Part shown: positions 12,393-24,345 of the stretch, in pieces | Position numbering within the stretch: the stretch's first letter is position 1 | How the letters are laid out: every line of letters begins with the position of its first letter | From: Eledone cirrhosa | Taxonomy: Eukaryota | Reading direction: 5' to 3' | Assembly (NCBI GenBank): GCA_964016885.1 | Contig: OZ024742.1 | Coordinates: forward strand, 237,398,001-237,462,000 | DNA: 64,000 nucleotides | The notes under the pieces: model-generated | Told to the model about the DNA's origin: nothing | Databases searched by the model: none | Seen by the model: the letters and a program-made list of their open reading frames with translations, nothing else | Program-made: the position numbers and the translations under genes

Positions 12393-12579
12393 ATTATGTA
12401 ATATTCCCAGTCACCCCTAAATTTCAAAACCGGGAGGGAAAAGTCCGAGGGTTAAAATCCCAAATGATGGTACCTCAAATATTAGTGTATCCCTTCGCAT
12501 TACAGTTTAAAGCAATACATATGATCGCTTTGATGACTCTTATTCGTTTCTAAGGGTCTCGTTTTTCTCTCTTCTTTCT

Positions 12580-12629
<50 letters not shown>

Positions 12630-12851
12630 AAAATCTTTCCCTCTGTCTATCTCTTTCCCTCTCTGTCTATCTTTTGCCATAAAAACGATAATGATAATCA
12701 ATTCAATTAAGAAATAAATATATATATATATATTATTAGTATTATTATTAAAATTAAATACCATTTATTCTGCGGCAGAGAGCTTCATTTTCTCCATCAT
12801 TCGTTCCTCCAGAATCGTAGTACTGGTCGTTATTGTATGTGTGTGTTTCTG

Positions 12852-12882
<31 letters not shown>

Positions 12883-12959
12883 GGTGTGTATGTTTACGAT
12901 CGCCACCCTCGCCCTTCGTGAGGAGAATGCTGTGTACGTATTCACATATTTAAAGGTAA

Positions 12960-13060
12960 TATCACGTGAACACAATCACGTGAGAAATCACATTATTATT
13001 TCAAAAGGAAAAGTTTGGCGCCATTTTTCTTTCAAAAGGAAAAGTTTAGCGCCAAAATTC
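12960..13060. promoter_or_regulatory. Promoter-like motif cluster: two TCACGTGA E-boxes and tandem E2F-like sites
   Basis: TCACGTGA at 12962 and 12976; duplicated TTCAAAAGGAAAAGTTT(G/A)GCGCCA giving TTTGGCGC and TTTAGCGCCAAA; CGCCATTTT (YY1-like). Confidence 0.4.
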
Positions 13061-13309
13061 TCTTAGTGTTGTATGAAGCTGAGGAACCGGGGTTATTCCA
13101 TTTCTGTCAACAACTTACTGGTGAAACAGATCTCTTTGGATTTGTACGTGTGTTATATAGTTATAGAGATATTTATTTACGCTTTAATTTATGTTTTTAA
13201 TTATCGTGTCTATAGTCTGCCTTTCATAGGTTATAGATTCCATACACTGGTGCTTACTACCCAATCTGACATTAAAGGTGCTCCCAATTTACTTTTTTTT
13301 TTCACATAT

Positions 13310-14280
13310 CAATAATTATGACATGGAAACCTGTTGAAAATGACTATCTTTGTAGAAACTTCACCAAACCACACCATACTACATCACACCAAGCTATTGA
13401 TTTTGGTGTGACAAATTTTCATCCGGCAATTTTTTTTTTTTTTTGTGCTTGCCACCCAATTTGACATAAAAAGTGCTCGCAAATTACTATTTTATGCACA
13501 TATTATCAATGGTTATGACATGGAAACCTGATGAAAATGACTAGCTTTGTAGAAAAAAGAGGGAGGATGTCGGTGGAAATACCATTTACAAAGCTAGCCA
13601 TTTTTTATTGTAGCGGAAGTCATATTTTTTGTTAATATGCTAAAAGCATAGTCCACTGCGAGCATCTTGGAAGTTGATAGATAGCACATGCAAAAATGAA
13701 TGAAAAATTTTTTTTCTAACATAAATCAAAGTGGAAATTTAAATCCTCACTTATAACAAAGCACACCACAGCACATTAATCTACCCCAATCCACACCATA
13801 TACTTCACCATATGGTAAATTTATTACAGAACACCTACTCCTACCATTTACATCACACCAATGTTCGCATTTGACTATTTTTTTCACATATTATGAATGA
13901 ATATAACTTTGAAACCTATCGTCAATGATTAGCTTTGTAGAAAAATGAAGGCAGAAAGTGGGTGGAAAAACCATTCAGAAAGCTAGTCATTTTTAATTGC
14001 AGTGGAAATCATATTTGTTGTTAATATGCTAAAAAAAATAGTCAATTGCAAGCATTTTGGAGGTCGGGTTAGTTGATAGGACATAAAAAAACAAAGGAAA
14101 ACAAATATTGATTTCTTTATTAGCCACAAGGGCGCAACAAGAAAGGGGACAATACAAAGACATGCCGGGGATTTTACATACAGTCGTGTAAAAAATATAA
14201 AAACAAACAATTTCAACAATCGAAATCCCCAATAGGGGGGAGGCGCCACAAATGGGTTGTTTAATACCCCGTCGATAGAA
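13310..14280. repeat. Unclassified repeat with internally repeated modules
   Basis: TGACATGGAAACCTG.TGAAAATGACTA.CTTTGTAGAAA recurs near 13320, 13515 and (degenerate) 13910; 13555-13690 resembles 13940-14075. Confidence 0.55.
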
Positions 14281-14486
14281 CAACCCTCAACTCAAGGAGC
14301 GTGTTGTGCAAGTGCTCCTTTCTTCCTTTTGCTCTCTTCCTCAACCTACAGGCTTATAAACAAAGGAAAACAAATATTGTCTATATGTTCCTGTGGAAAG
14401 TCGGGTCTTCTGTATTACTGTATGACGTCAGAGGTCATGGTCGTGTGTCATTGCCCTTGAGAGGTGCAATTGGGAAAGGTCGGCTT

Positions 14487-15060
14487 AGAAATATTTACTT
14501 CTGCGTTCACAGATTGATTTTTTTTAGTTTCAGAAGATCCCATTAAGGGTGAAAGCAGCCGATTCTTTGCTTAAACTTTAATCTGTTATTTTAATAAATA
14601 TTTGCTCTAAGGTTCTTATATATTTGATATATATTTATCCTTATCGAGCCCTCTTTGGATGTTAGTCTTCAAATTTATTATTATTACTATTTGGCTCCCT
14701 TGATTGAGTACTCTATTGACTTATATTCATCATGCAGAAACAACATCTGAATATTTCTACAAAGAACATACACGTACCAAGCAGGAAGAAATACCTAAAA
14801 CTACGTCTCTACGAACCAAAGTATCGCCTTCCTGTCTTCCTTCGGTTGCAACATTTTTCGAAATATTTACTTCTGCGTTCACAGATTGACTTTTTTTTTA
14901 GTTTCAGAAGATCCCATTAAGGGTGAAAGCAGCCGATTCTTTGCTTAAACGTTAATCTGTTCTTTTAATAAATATTTGCTCTACGGTTCTTATATATTTG
15001 ATATATATTTATCCTTATCGAGCCCTCTTTGGATTTTAGTCTTCATATGTATTATTATTA
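14487..15060. repeat. ~200-bp near-perfect direct repeat pair
   Basis: gaaatatttacttctgcgttcacagattga...gagccctctttggat at ~14487-14685 and ~14860-15060. Confidence 0.85.
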
Positions 15061-15098
15061 CTATACATATATATATATGTGTGTGTGTGTATATATTA

Positions 15099-15151
<53 letters not shown>

Positions 15152-15157
15152 CATATT

Positions 15158-15520
15158 GAGAGCATTGGCCTTGCAATCGAAAGGTTGTGAGTTCAATTCT
15201 CACACCGGGTGATGTGTTGTTTCCTTGAGCAAGATACTTTATTTTACATTGCTCCAGTTTACTCAGCTGTAGAAATGAGATGATAGGACTGGGTTCCCTA
15301 TCATTCCACTGCTAAGTGGTCGTGGAGGTGCCACGGCAAAAAAGCACCCAGCCCACACTGTAAAGTGGATGTGGAGGTGCCACGGGAAAAAAGCACCCAG
15401 CACTCACTGTAAATGAGGTTGGTGTTAGGAAGGGCATCCAGCTGTAGAAATCAAGCCAGAATCAGTTCCCGTCCCATCCCTGCAAGCAGGGAAAAAGTGG
15501 ATGTAAAATGAAATGATGAA
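15158..15520 (+). mobile_element. tRNA-derived SINE (family B, CORE-like centre, RTE-like tail)
   Basis: B-box-like GAGTTCAATTC, ccttgagcaagatactttattttacattgctccag, then ggtgttaggaagggcatccagctgtag and an (ATG)-type tail. Confidence 0.8.
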
Positions 15521-15522
15521 TG

Positions 15523-15692
15523 CTCCCAGCTGTGGTCACTCCATAGTATCAAACTAACCATGGAGCTTGAAGCAATCCAAGGAAGCTACACCAAGAAGGT
15601 TGCCACGATGAAGGAGATAAATTACTGGGAGAGTCTAAAAGAACTGAAACTCTACTCCTCGGAATGAAGACGGGAGAGATATGCAATGATAT
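15523..15692 (+). mobile_element. CR1/L2-group LINE C-terminal fragment
   Basis: Translates LEAIQGSYTKK...NYWESLKELKLYS.E.RRERY, similar to LExVQRRxTK...YxERLxxLxLxSLExRR. Confidence 0.6.
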
Positions 15693-15959
15693 CATTTTCT
15701 TCTTGTCTCCCCACCCTTCGGTTCATCCATCCATATATCTGTATAATCGCCCAGAATCCAATCCTACCTTCTCAATGCTATTCTATAATTCTGTCTGGCT
15801 GTTCTAAATAATCTTGTGTATTTTAAAATCTCAGTATATCGCTTGTTACTGTTTATTGCTTTATTTAAAACATTCTCCTCGCTAACTACCCCATACCCCT
15901 CCCACCCGCCCCCACTCTCCACCACTATTATTTGGACCAATCATAAGTCAGCGGCCTAT

Positions 15960-17124
15960 GGTATCACTTCTCCTGGTTGTTTTTCGATATGATGGATGGA
16001 CTAAGGAATTTCTGGAGAGTCTGAAGAATCTGGACACTCGGAGACAATGCCAAAGATAACGACAAATTCACCTCATGCTGCCGGACGAAAGGGCAAGGAC
16101 TCCTCCTCTTTGTTTCGGCCGCGGATGGCCAACATAACCCCAACCCCATCCCCTTCACCCCGCCCCACCCACCAAACGCAATCCAAAACTTCAGAGTTGG
16201 TACCATGAATGTAGGCACCTTAAAAGGCCGCTCTAACGAGGTTGTAGAAATGCTTGAACGTAAGGAGGTTGATGTTTGCTGTATCCAAGAGACCAGGTGG
16301 AGGGGCGGGTCTGCTAGATTCATTGTGGGTAAAAAACGATGCTATAAGCTTTTCTGGGTGGGAAATGACAATGGGCTGGATGGAGTAGGAATCATGGTAG
16401 CAGAAAAATGGCTGGATAAGATAATAGACGTAAATAGAGTGAATGACAGAATAATTAAAATAAGACTTGTTCTAAATAGAACTACTGTGACAGTAATATC
16501 TGCGTCCGCACCCCAATCCGGACTGCCTGGCGCTATAAAAGACAGATTCTATGAGACACTGATGCTCACTACCTCCCAAATAACCGACAGTGACTATATA
16601 ATTATTGCTGGCGACCTAAATGGTCACGTTGAACAACATTGTGACGGCTATGACGGAATCCATGGAGGCTATGGGTTTGGTACTAGAAATGAGGAAGGCT
16701 CCAGAATCCTGGAATTCTGTGATGCAAATAACCTAACTATCTGTAACACTAACTTCAAAACGAGACAATCACTTGATCACCTACAGATCAGGGGAACATA
16801 CCAGCCAGGTAGATTATATCCTTACCAGAAGACGTGACAGAGTGTCTGTTGTAAACACTAAATCCCTCCCCCATGAAGAATGCACCTCCCAACATAGACT
16901 CATAATTAGCGACCTCATAGTCAGGACGAGACGTACTCGACAACAGAAGAGGACTATCCCCAGGAGAAAAATATGGAAGCTAAAGGACCCCACAACCAGT
17001 AATAAATTTAAAAGCATATTACTTGATGCTTTCGACAGTAAGGAAGAGCAATTAGAATCGTACAATATAGAGGAACAGTGGGAATTCCTGAAAGCAAACC
17101 TGCTGATGGCGGCAGATGAAGTCT
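15960..17124 (+). mobile_element. RTE LINE 5' portion (APE endonuclease), 3'-truncated
   Basis: ORF 16205-16837 has NVGTL...CCIQETRW...AGDLNGHV; ORF 16773-17309 is near-identical to the start of ORF 35299-36438. Confidence 0.9.
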
Positions 17125-17209
17125 CAAGGCCCTCAACTTGGTTTTCAAAATTTAAATTTGTGTTTCCTATTCATCAATGCTTCAAGCAAGCTATAAACCT
17201 CTGTTATAT

Positions 17210-17590
17210 TTCATCATCATTTTATGTCAGTTCTTCTACGCTAGCATGGGTTGTCCTGTTGTGGGCAGTGTCCGGTCGGCTGACCTTTTCTTGCTCATAC
17301 GGGAACTGATTCTGTCTTGATTTCTACAGCTGGATGCCCTTCCTAACACCAACCTCATTTACAGTGAGTGCTGGGTGTTTTTTTTTTTGCCATGGCACCT
17401 CCACGACCACTTTGCAGTGGAATGATATGGACCCCAGTCCCTATCATCTCATTTCTACAGCTGAGTAAACTGGAGCAATGTGAAATAAAGTGTCTTGCTC
17501 AAGGAAACAACACATCACCCGGTCCGAGAATTAAACTCACAACCTTTCAATTGCAAGCCCAATGCTCTAACCACTGAGCCATGTGCCTTC
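17210..17590 (-). mobile_element. SINE family B
   Basis: Reverse-oriented copy of the 15158-15520 type, with head ...ctctaaccactgagccatgtgcct. Confidence 0.8.
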
Positions 17591-18397
17591 TATTGTTGGC
17601 AATGTTAGGTCAGGTGACCATGTCTTGCTCATAAAGAACTGATTTTGGCTTGGTTTCTACAGCTGGATGCCCTTCCTAATGCCAAGCTCATTTACAGTGA
17701 GTACTGGGTGTTTTTTGTTGTGATTCCTCCACGACTACTTTACAGTGTGGACTGGGTGTTTTTTACCGTGTCACCATCACGACCACTTTACAGTGTTTCG
17801 GCCTGTTCTCATGAAAGATATATTGGCGGGTGGGATGGAATGGTGCATACTGTATGTATGTTTCAGCCTTGGCCTGGGCCCGTGGGAAGTTGGGGTTTCT
17901 GTATTACCTCATAATGCCAGAGATCTTGGTCCTGTAACATTGCCTTTCAGAGGTGCAACGCTATTAGCTGTCAGTCGAAAGCAGCCGATGAAAGCAAAAC
18001 ATCGTTTATTTCCGTATTACTACCACGCGTAAGTGGAGTTATTTTTATTATTTTAATAAAGCATATAGATGTAAGTGGAGTTACTTAAATGAAAATATCA
18101 CGCGTTTTTTTTATATTTTTTTTTTTATTAAAGCATATCGATGTAAGTGGAGTTACTTAAATGAAAATATATTTATTTCCGTATTACTACCACCACGCGT
18201 AAGTGGAGTTTTTCACGCGTTTTTTTTAATTTTTATTAAAGCATATCGATGTAAGTGGAGTTACTTAAATGAAAATATAGGTGGCCCTTAAAAGGGCCAA
18301 ATTAGAAAACAAATTTAAGTTAATTATAAAACAAGTCATGGTTATCAAATAAATTGGATTTAATCATTTATATTTTCATAGTCATGGTTATTAATGT

Positions 18398-18563
18398 ATC
18401 GGTAGAGGGTCGGACGCCATGCTTTCCAGCATAGTTACGTCCCTTTACGATCTGAGTTCAAATCCCGCCGAGGTTGACTTTGCCTTTCATCCTTACGGGG
18501 TCGATAAAATAAAGTACCAGTAATGCACTGGGTAATTGCTGGCCTTGTGCCAAAAGTAGAAAC
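18398..18563 (+). mobile_element. SINE family A inserted into the Merlin-like TIR
   Basis: B box GAGTTCAAATCC; ttgcctttcatccttacggggtcgataaaataaagtacc core; TSD ATTAATGTA. Confidence 0.85.
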
Positions 18564-19487
18564 AATTAATGTAGAAAACAAGTCATTTTCACCAACAGTG
18601 GAGTTAACTTAAATGAAAATATAGGTGGCCCTTAAAAGGGCCAAATTAGAAAACAAATTTATGGTTATCAAATTTTTTTCACCAACCCTTTATGAAGAAA
18701 TGTTTGGAAAGCAAATTTTTTTCACCAACCCTTTATGAAGAAATGTTTATAAAACAAATTTTTTTCACCAACCTTATTCAAAAGCATGGATACAGTCCAC
18801 ATGGAGACAAGAGAGAGTCCCCGTGGAGATTGATGGTATCTGCTGTAGTAGCGGTAGCGATGGAAAGATCGCGATGGTTAATTCCATTAACAATTTAGTC
18901 CTTTTAAGGGCCATCTATATTTTCATTTAAGTTAACTCCACTGTTGGTGAAAATGACTTGTTTTCTACATTGATAACCATGACTATGAAAATATGATTAA
19001 ATCCAATTTATTTGATAACCATGACTTGTTTTCTAATTAACTTAAATTTGTTTTCTAATTTGGCCCTTTTAAGGGCCACCTATATTTTCATTTAAGTAAC
19101 TCCACTTACATCGATATGCTTTAATAAAAATAAAAAAAAACGCGTGAAAACTCCACTTACGCGTGGTGGTAGTAATACGGAAATAAACGATGACGAATGA
19201 TGTCACCTTCGCCTGCTTTCACGACTGACGGCTAATAGCGTTGTAGTGCCGCAATTTATATAATTAGGGGAGCTGGGCGATTTGTTTCGCCTTACCGCAA
19301 ATGTGTTTAGTTTTTCCAGTGTCTTAGCCTCACTATCACCTATACTGCGAGCGTGTTAGCTTATATCAAACCTATTAGAGGGAGACCCATGCATCCTTTA
19401 TTGTTGCGTGTAATTGAATGCGCGAGTTTACTCCCACTTATTTTCGTGTTTGTTAATTTTTACGAGGAATGAATTTTTATTTTAGAA

Positions 19488-19640
19488 CCACTTATTCCTG
19501 AGAGGGTCGTGGGATCAGAGTCCTCAAACATTCCTTCCAGTGGATCCTCTTAGAATCAACAGTCTCCAACTAATGCGGCTGGATCCCCAAGTGAGACCAG
19601 CTAAGCCCATGAATATTATCCAACCATCTTGCTCTCGGTC
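19488..19640 (-). mobile_element. 3' end of a second RTE family
   Basis: ccacttattcctgagaggg...ggctggatcccc also occurs at 28293 and, reversed, near 31100-31170. Confidence 0.7.
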
Positions 19641-20049
19641 CCCCCCCCCCCCCCCAATATTTAATTTGTTCTCCCCAAACTACGATAACACATCTATTTG
19701 TATATGCGCTACAATTTATGTGCATGTTATGTTATTCGCATATCAAATCTTTTTTTGTATCTTGGTTTATAACTGTGAAATATATTACATTAACTTTTAT
19801 ATAACTTTTTATCCGCATATCACTATTTACCAATTGCTAGTATGTGTATTCAGAGACAGATTTCATAGGTCATTTTGCTATAATCATTTTATAATTATTG
19901 AAAGCTTGGACTCAAATTGCATTTTCTGATCATTTTAGAGTACAAAGAGCTAAACTAATCGCTACAACTAAATTGACCCCCCCCCCCCTCATTCAGAAAT
20001 GCTTCCACCGCCCCTGTTCCCTACATCTCTTTGCCAGATATTTACCATA

Positions 20050-21292
20050 GACTTTAGCAGGGAGGCTTAACAACGAGATTCCTCTGTAACTGAAACAATC
20101 TTGCATAAGAGTTCAAAATAGATCCTTCCTTGATGAAGACACTACAGCGTTAGATGTAGTTAAGACTGAGTCATATAACCTGATGAGAGCCTTCAATGCA
20201 CATGTTGTCACTGACCACATGGCCTGAAAAGGAATGATTGGAAGGGACGACGACCCCGGTCTAAATACGAATGGAGAGGCCTTATTAGACTTATGTTCTA
20301 GCGATGGACTCTAGATTGTGAACACCTTATTCCAGGACAGAGACATCCATAAATATTCATGGTATACGGGGAATTAGTGACAGTGATCAATAATTGATTT
20401 TGTTATTGTCTCTGATCTCTTCGATTCTGTGCCGCATATTCATGTTAAGAGAGGGGCTTAGCTGTCAACTGATCACTATCTAGTTATCTGCATCTTGAGA
20501 CTACAAAAGCCAAAGAAGCCCACAAAACTGGCAGGTCCAGAGCGATCTACAGGATAAAGTGGGAAGCGTTGGTGGATAAGGAAGTCAGGATCAGGTATGC
20601 AGATACTATTGCATCCAAATTCAGAGAACTCCCTGAACAAACTGAGACAGAGTGGAGATTGTTCAGCTCAATAGTTTCTGCTTCAACTGTGTTAAATGCT
20701 GCGGGCGAAAGAGGCTTGGTGTGGCACCGGGTAACATGAGGACTCCTTGGTTCAATCAAAATGTCATCCGAGCAAAGGAGGAGGCCTACAAAGCTTGGCT
20801 AGAAAATAAGTCATTCTTCTTGCACTTGTGGTACAAACAGGCACGAAGAATCGCAGCAGAGAGAGTAAAGGCGTCCAAAGTTAAGACATGGGAGGAATTT
20901 GGGGTTAAGCTAGAATCCGACTTCGGATCAGCAATAAAGTGTTTTGGCATACCATCTGCTGACTTTGTAATAAGAAGTCCTTCTCCACACCTGCCATCAG
21001 AAACGCATCTGGACTTCTCCTCTCTTCAGAGAAGTGCATCCTCGTGAGGTGGAGAGAATAATTTGCTGATTTCCTAAACATGATCACAACAGCATCTTCT
21101 GATGTACACGGGGTGCATCTGGGAGCGGTGACTAATCTCTCAGAAGCTGGTGTCAAATGTGACAAGGCGACTAATCCGGTGCGAAGTGTTAAAAAACCTC
21201 AGAGAAGTATTCTCTAGCTGACTCGTGTGTGCCGGGTGGCCTGGACCTCGGGAAAGGCACCTAAACAATAACAATCGGGAGTGGTAATTTCT
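20050..21292 (+). mobile_element. Degenerate RTE (Expander-like) LINE fragment
   Basis: FNAHV...GMIGRD...NTLFQDRDIHKYSW...LSTDHYLV...TPWFNQ...WEEFGVKLE. Confidence 0.75.
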
Positions 21293-21949
21293 TCTTAACT
21301 ACTCTTATGACCCCAGCCTCCCAATGAATGTTTGTTATATAAATTTTGTTTATATTGAAGAAGTATTAACGCCAGAATCCAGCTGTATACATCTTTAAAG
21401 CAACCTTAAATTATGTATTGAATATAATTTGCAAAAGAGACAAATCAATAGAAATTAACCAGAAAAAAATATAAGAGGCGACACAATCAATCATACACTC
21501 CCACAGCTTATGCTGGTTACAGTTTATAAACATTTATTCACTCTACCTGTTATTGTTGATGTAAATTTATTTGTATAACTTTGCATAAATAAGTTATTTT
21601 TCTTTGATATAGGATAAAGATCCCATAACTCCTTGTGGTGTCGTAGAGACACCGTCATACAGCGCGACTAGGGCACTTTGAAGCCTGGAGGAGCCTATTT
21701 TTTTTTCTATAAAGGAAGAATCGACCCCAGTATTAGACTGGTCCTTTTTTTTTATCAACCCCGAAAGAATGAAAGGCAAAGTTGACGACGCCGAGATTTG
21801 AACTCAGAGCGCGCAATGAGGTGAGACGAATACTATAAAACATCCTATTCACCGCCTTTTCTTTGATGTATTTAAGCAAATGAAATTTGTCGAATAAATA
21901 AAACTCGAGAAATATGTTTAAAATAAATGGAAAGGTAAATAGACTATTG

Positions 21950-22669
21950 GGCACTACCATGCTATTAGCTGTCAGAAGTGAAAGTTTCGTCAACCTTCTC
22001 AATACTTAACATCGTTTATTTCCGTATTACCACGCGTTATTTTAATAAAGCATATCGTTGTAAGTGGAGTTACTTAAATGAAAATATAGGTGGCCCTTAA
22101 AAGGGCCAAATTAGAAAACAAGTCATGGTTATCAATTAAATTGGATTTAATCATTTATATTCCTAATTTTACGATTGTGAATTTGTTTGTTCTTTTACAA
22201 CAGGTCTCAATAGTGAAAGTATAATGCAGACACACGCAATTGTATGGATTTCTTAATATATATATGTGTGGGTGTGTATATGTGTGTATATGTATATATA
22301 TATATATATGTGTGTGTTTGTATATATATATATGTTTGTTTGTTTTCGAATTTGGCCCTTTTAAGGGCCACCTATATTTTCATTTAAGTTAACTCCACTG
22401 TTGGTGAAAATGACTTGTTTTCTACATTGATAACCATGACTATGAAAATATGATTAAATCCAATTTATTTGATAACCATGACTTGTTTTCTAATTAACTT
22501 AAATTTGTTTTCTAATTTGGCCCTTTTAAGGGCCACCTATATTTTCATTTAAGTAACTCCACTTACATCGATATGCTTTATTAAAATAACGCGTGGTAAT
22601 ACGGAAATAAACGATGTTTACGATTGAGAAGGTTGACGAAACTTTCACGTCTAATAGCATGGTAGTGCC
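21950..22669. mobile_element. Merlin-like MITE/foldback element
   Basis: Termini GGCACTACCATGCTATTAG...CTAATAGCATGGTAGTGCC, long imperfect TIRs with TGGCCCTTAAAAGGGCCA subrepeats, and 8-bp TSD GACTATTG (21942-21949, 22670-22677). Confidence 0.9.
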
Positions 22670-22939
22670 GACTATTGAATAATTGTAATCATCGATGCCA
22701 TAAATATAATATACCCCCACCTCACACACACAAAAACTTCATTGTATATATCGAAGGATTGAAAAGAAAAAACATGTTAAAATTGAATCGAATTTGAAAG
22801 TATTTCACATGACAATACGAAATTGAAACTTGGTATATCAATTATTCGTTCTGTAAGCATTGCATTATTATATTTCCTTTTATACAACAATTTAGTATAA
22901 ATAAAGTCCAAGAGTTAATTATCTAAAGAAATATTTTTG

Positions 22940-22999
22940 TCATTTTGCCACTCGTTTCTCCTAGCTGCTTATACCAACTGATAACTAGTTCAGCCGCTT
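22940..22999 (+). other. GPN1: Candidate non-coding first exon of GPN1 (start approximate)
   Basis: Donor-like GTAAGA at 23000 and acceptor TTTACAG ending 23194, one base before the ATG; the intervening sequence is very AT-rich. Confidence 0.4.
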
Positions 23000-23195
23000 G
23001 TAAGACCACTAATATAGACATTTGCGTATTTAATAAAATTACACCACAATATTGTTAAACGTTTTAAATATAAATTTATTATTAAATTAGATTTTTTAAA
23101 ATTTTTATGCATTATTTTTGTTCCAATATTATCTAAAATACTAATTAAATTTTACACTGTTTGTTTACTAAACTAAGACTACTTATATTTACAGC

Positions 23196-23354
23196 ATGGC
23201 GGACGCGCGTGGAAATTCTCCTCCTGTAAACGATGGAGAAAGTAAACCTGAACTTGATAAAATTTCCGAAGCTGAGGGTGGAGATACCCAGGAGAAACCA
23301 ACATGTGTCATCGTTCTTGGAATGGCAGGATCTGGCAAGAGCACATTTGTACAG
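23196..23354 (+). CDS. GPN1: GPN-loop GTPase 1, coding exon 1
   Basis: MADARG...CVIVLGMAGSGKSTFVQ (P-loop); donor CAG|GT at 23355; phase 0. Confidence 0.93.
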
Positions 23355-24104
23355 GTGTTTGACTCACTTTTATTCTTTCTCATTCCGCTGTCTTCGGTTA
23401 ATTTGTTTATATGATCAGAGGTGCTACTGTCATGGTCCTCTTGTATTTTTGGATATCTAAAACTACATCACTTAGCGTGTCGTTTTCTTAAGATATCATT
23501 GTTTGAATTGTGTATATACCGTCATTCGAATGGCTGCTATTTCTAGCCAGTCGAGATACTGTTCGGGTGACTCACTTTTGCCCAACTTAATTAATAATTG
23601 TCTCCATATAAACAATCATTTTGGTCATTTCTGACTTTAAATTTTCTATTTCTATAAATCTATATCATATTTATTTCTATTTATCACGTGTGTGACTTCT
23701 ATTTTTGTCGGTATACGTATTATAGCATAACTTTTAGGTAAAGTGAAATAATTGCGAGACTTTTGTAAATATTGGCTGTTATTAACAAACCCAAATCCTA
23801 ATCATAACGTGTATTACAACGTATCCGGTGAATCAAAGGATATATTTTCATTTTCTTCCAAGTGTTATTGTTAGTGATACCCATATTATCGAATATATCT
23901 GTTGTATCATGCATATTGAAATAAACCGTTTTTAAACGTAGCCTATTTATCTTACAGCTAACTATTAAAATTTAAGTAAAAAACAACCTGGTGTAAAAAG
24001 CAATTGTTGTCAGTAATACTCGAATTATTTCTAAATCGTGTTTGAAAATATCTCTTTTGATTCACTGCACTCATTCCGCGCTCTCAATTCATATATATAT
24101 ATAT

Positions 24105-24345
24105 ACAATATATTAATAAATGGAAACTATATTTATAAAACCATATTTATTTTATTATATATATTTCAAGGGCAACCAAGGCAAATTATGGTGCGCTTTC
24201 ATCAGATAAAATATAGATTTGTTTTATAAATAAATATTGACATACCCGGAAAAAAGACAACCTTAACGGTTGGAGCTCCCTTGAAATATATATAATAAAA
24301 TAAATATGGTTTATAAATATAGTTTCCATTTATTAATATATTGTG
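24105..24345. repeat. Palindrome with ~68-bp arms, Penelope-like pLTR remnant
   Basis: 24105-24172 is the reverse complement of 24278-24344 (one indel); a hammerhead motif overlaps the left arm and spacer. Confidence 0.7.
24148..24213 (-). ncRNA. Minimal type I hammerhead ribozyme
   Basis: Minus strand: TATTTTAT-CTGATGA-AAGCGCACC..GGTTGCCCTT-GAAA-TATAT-ATA^-ATAAAATA, i.e. 8-bp stem I, imperfect stem II, short palindromic stem III. Confidence 0.7.

Larger units (their letters stand above)
11770..19250. mobile_element. Large non-autonomous TIR unit (Merlin-like) enclosing ~6 kb of heterogeneous DNA
   Basis: Termini GGCACTACAACGCTATTAGC...GCTAATAGCGTTGTAGTGCC; identical 8-bp flanks GCAATTTA (11762-11769, 19251-19258); an extra left-TIR copy lacking the first 7 nt starts at 17956. 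Confidence 0.75.

Noticed and set aside
20179-20200. CTGATGA as a second hammerhead
   Set aside because: No GAAA or supporting stems; it lies inside a decayed RTE endonuclease region.
23355-23414. ORF-track extensions of GPN1 exons past the donors
   Set aside because: Homology stops at the GT donors, and phases join correctly with the next exons.
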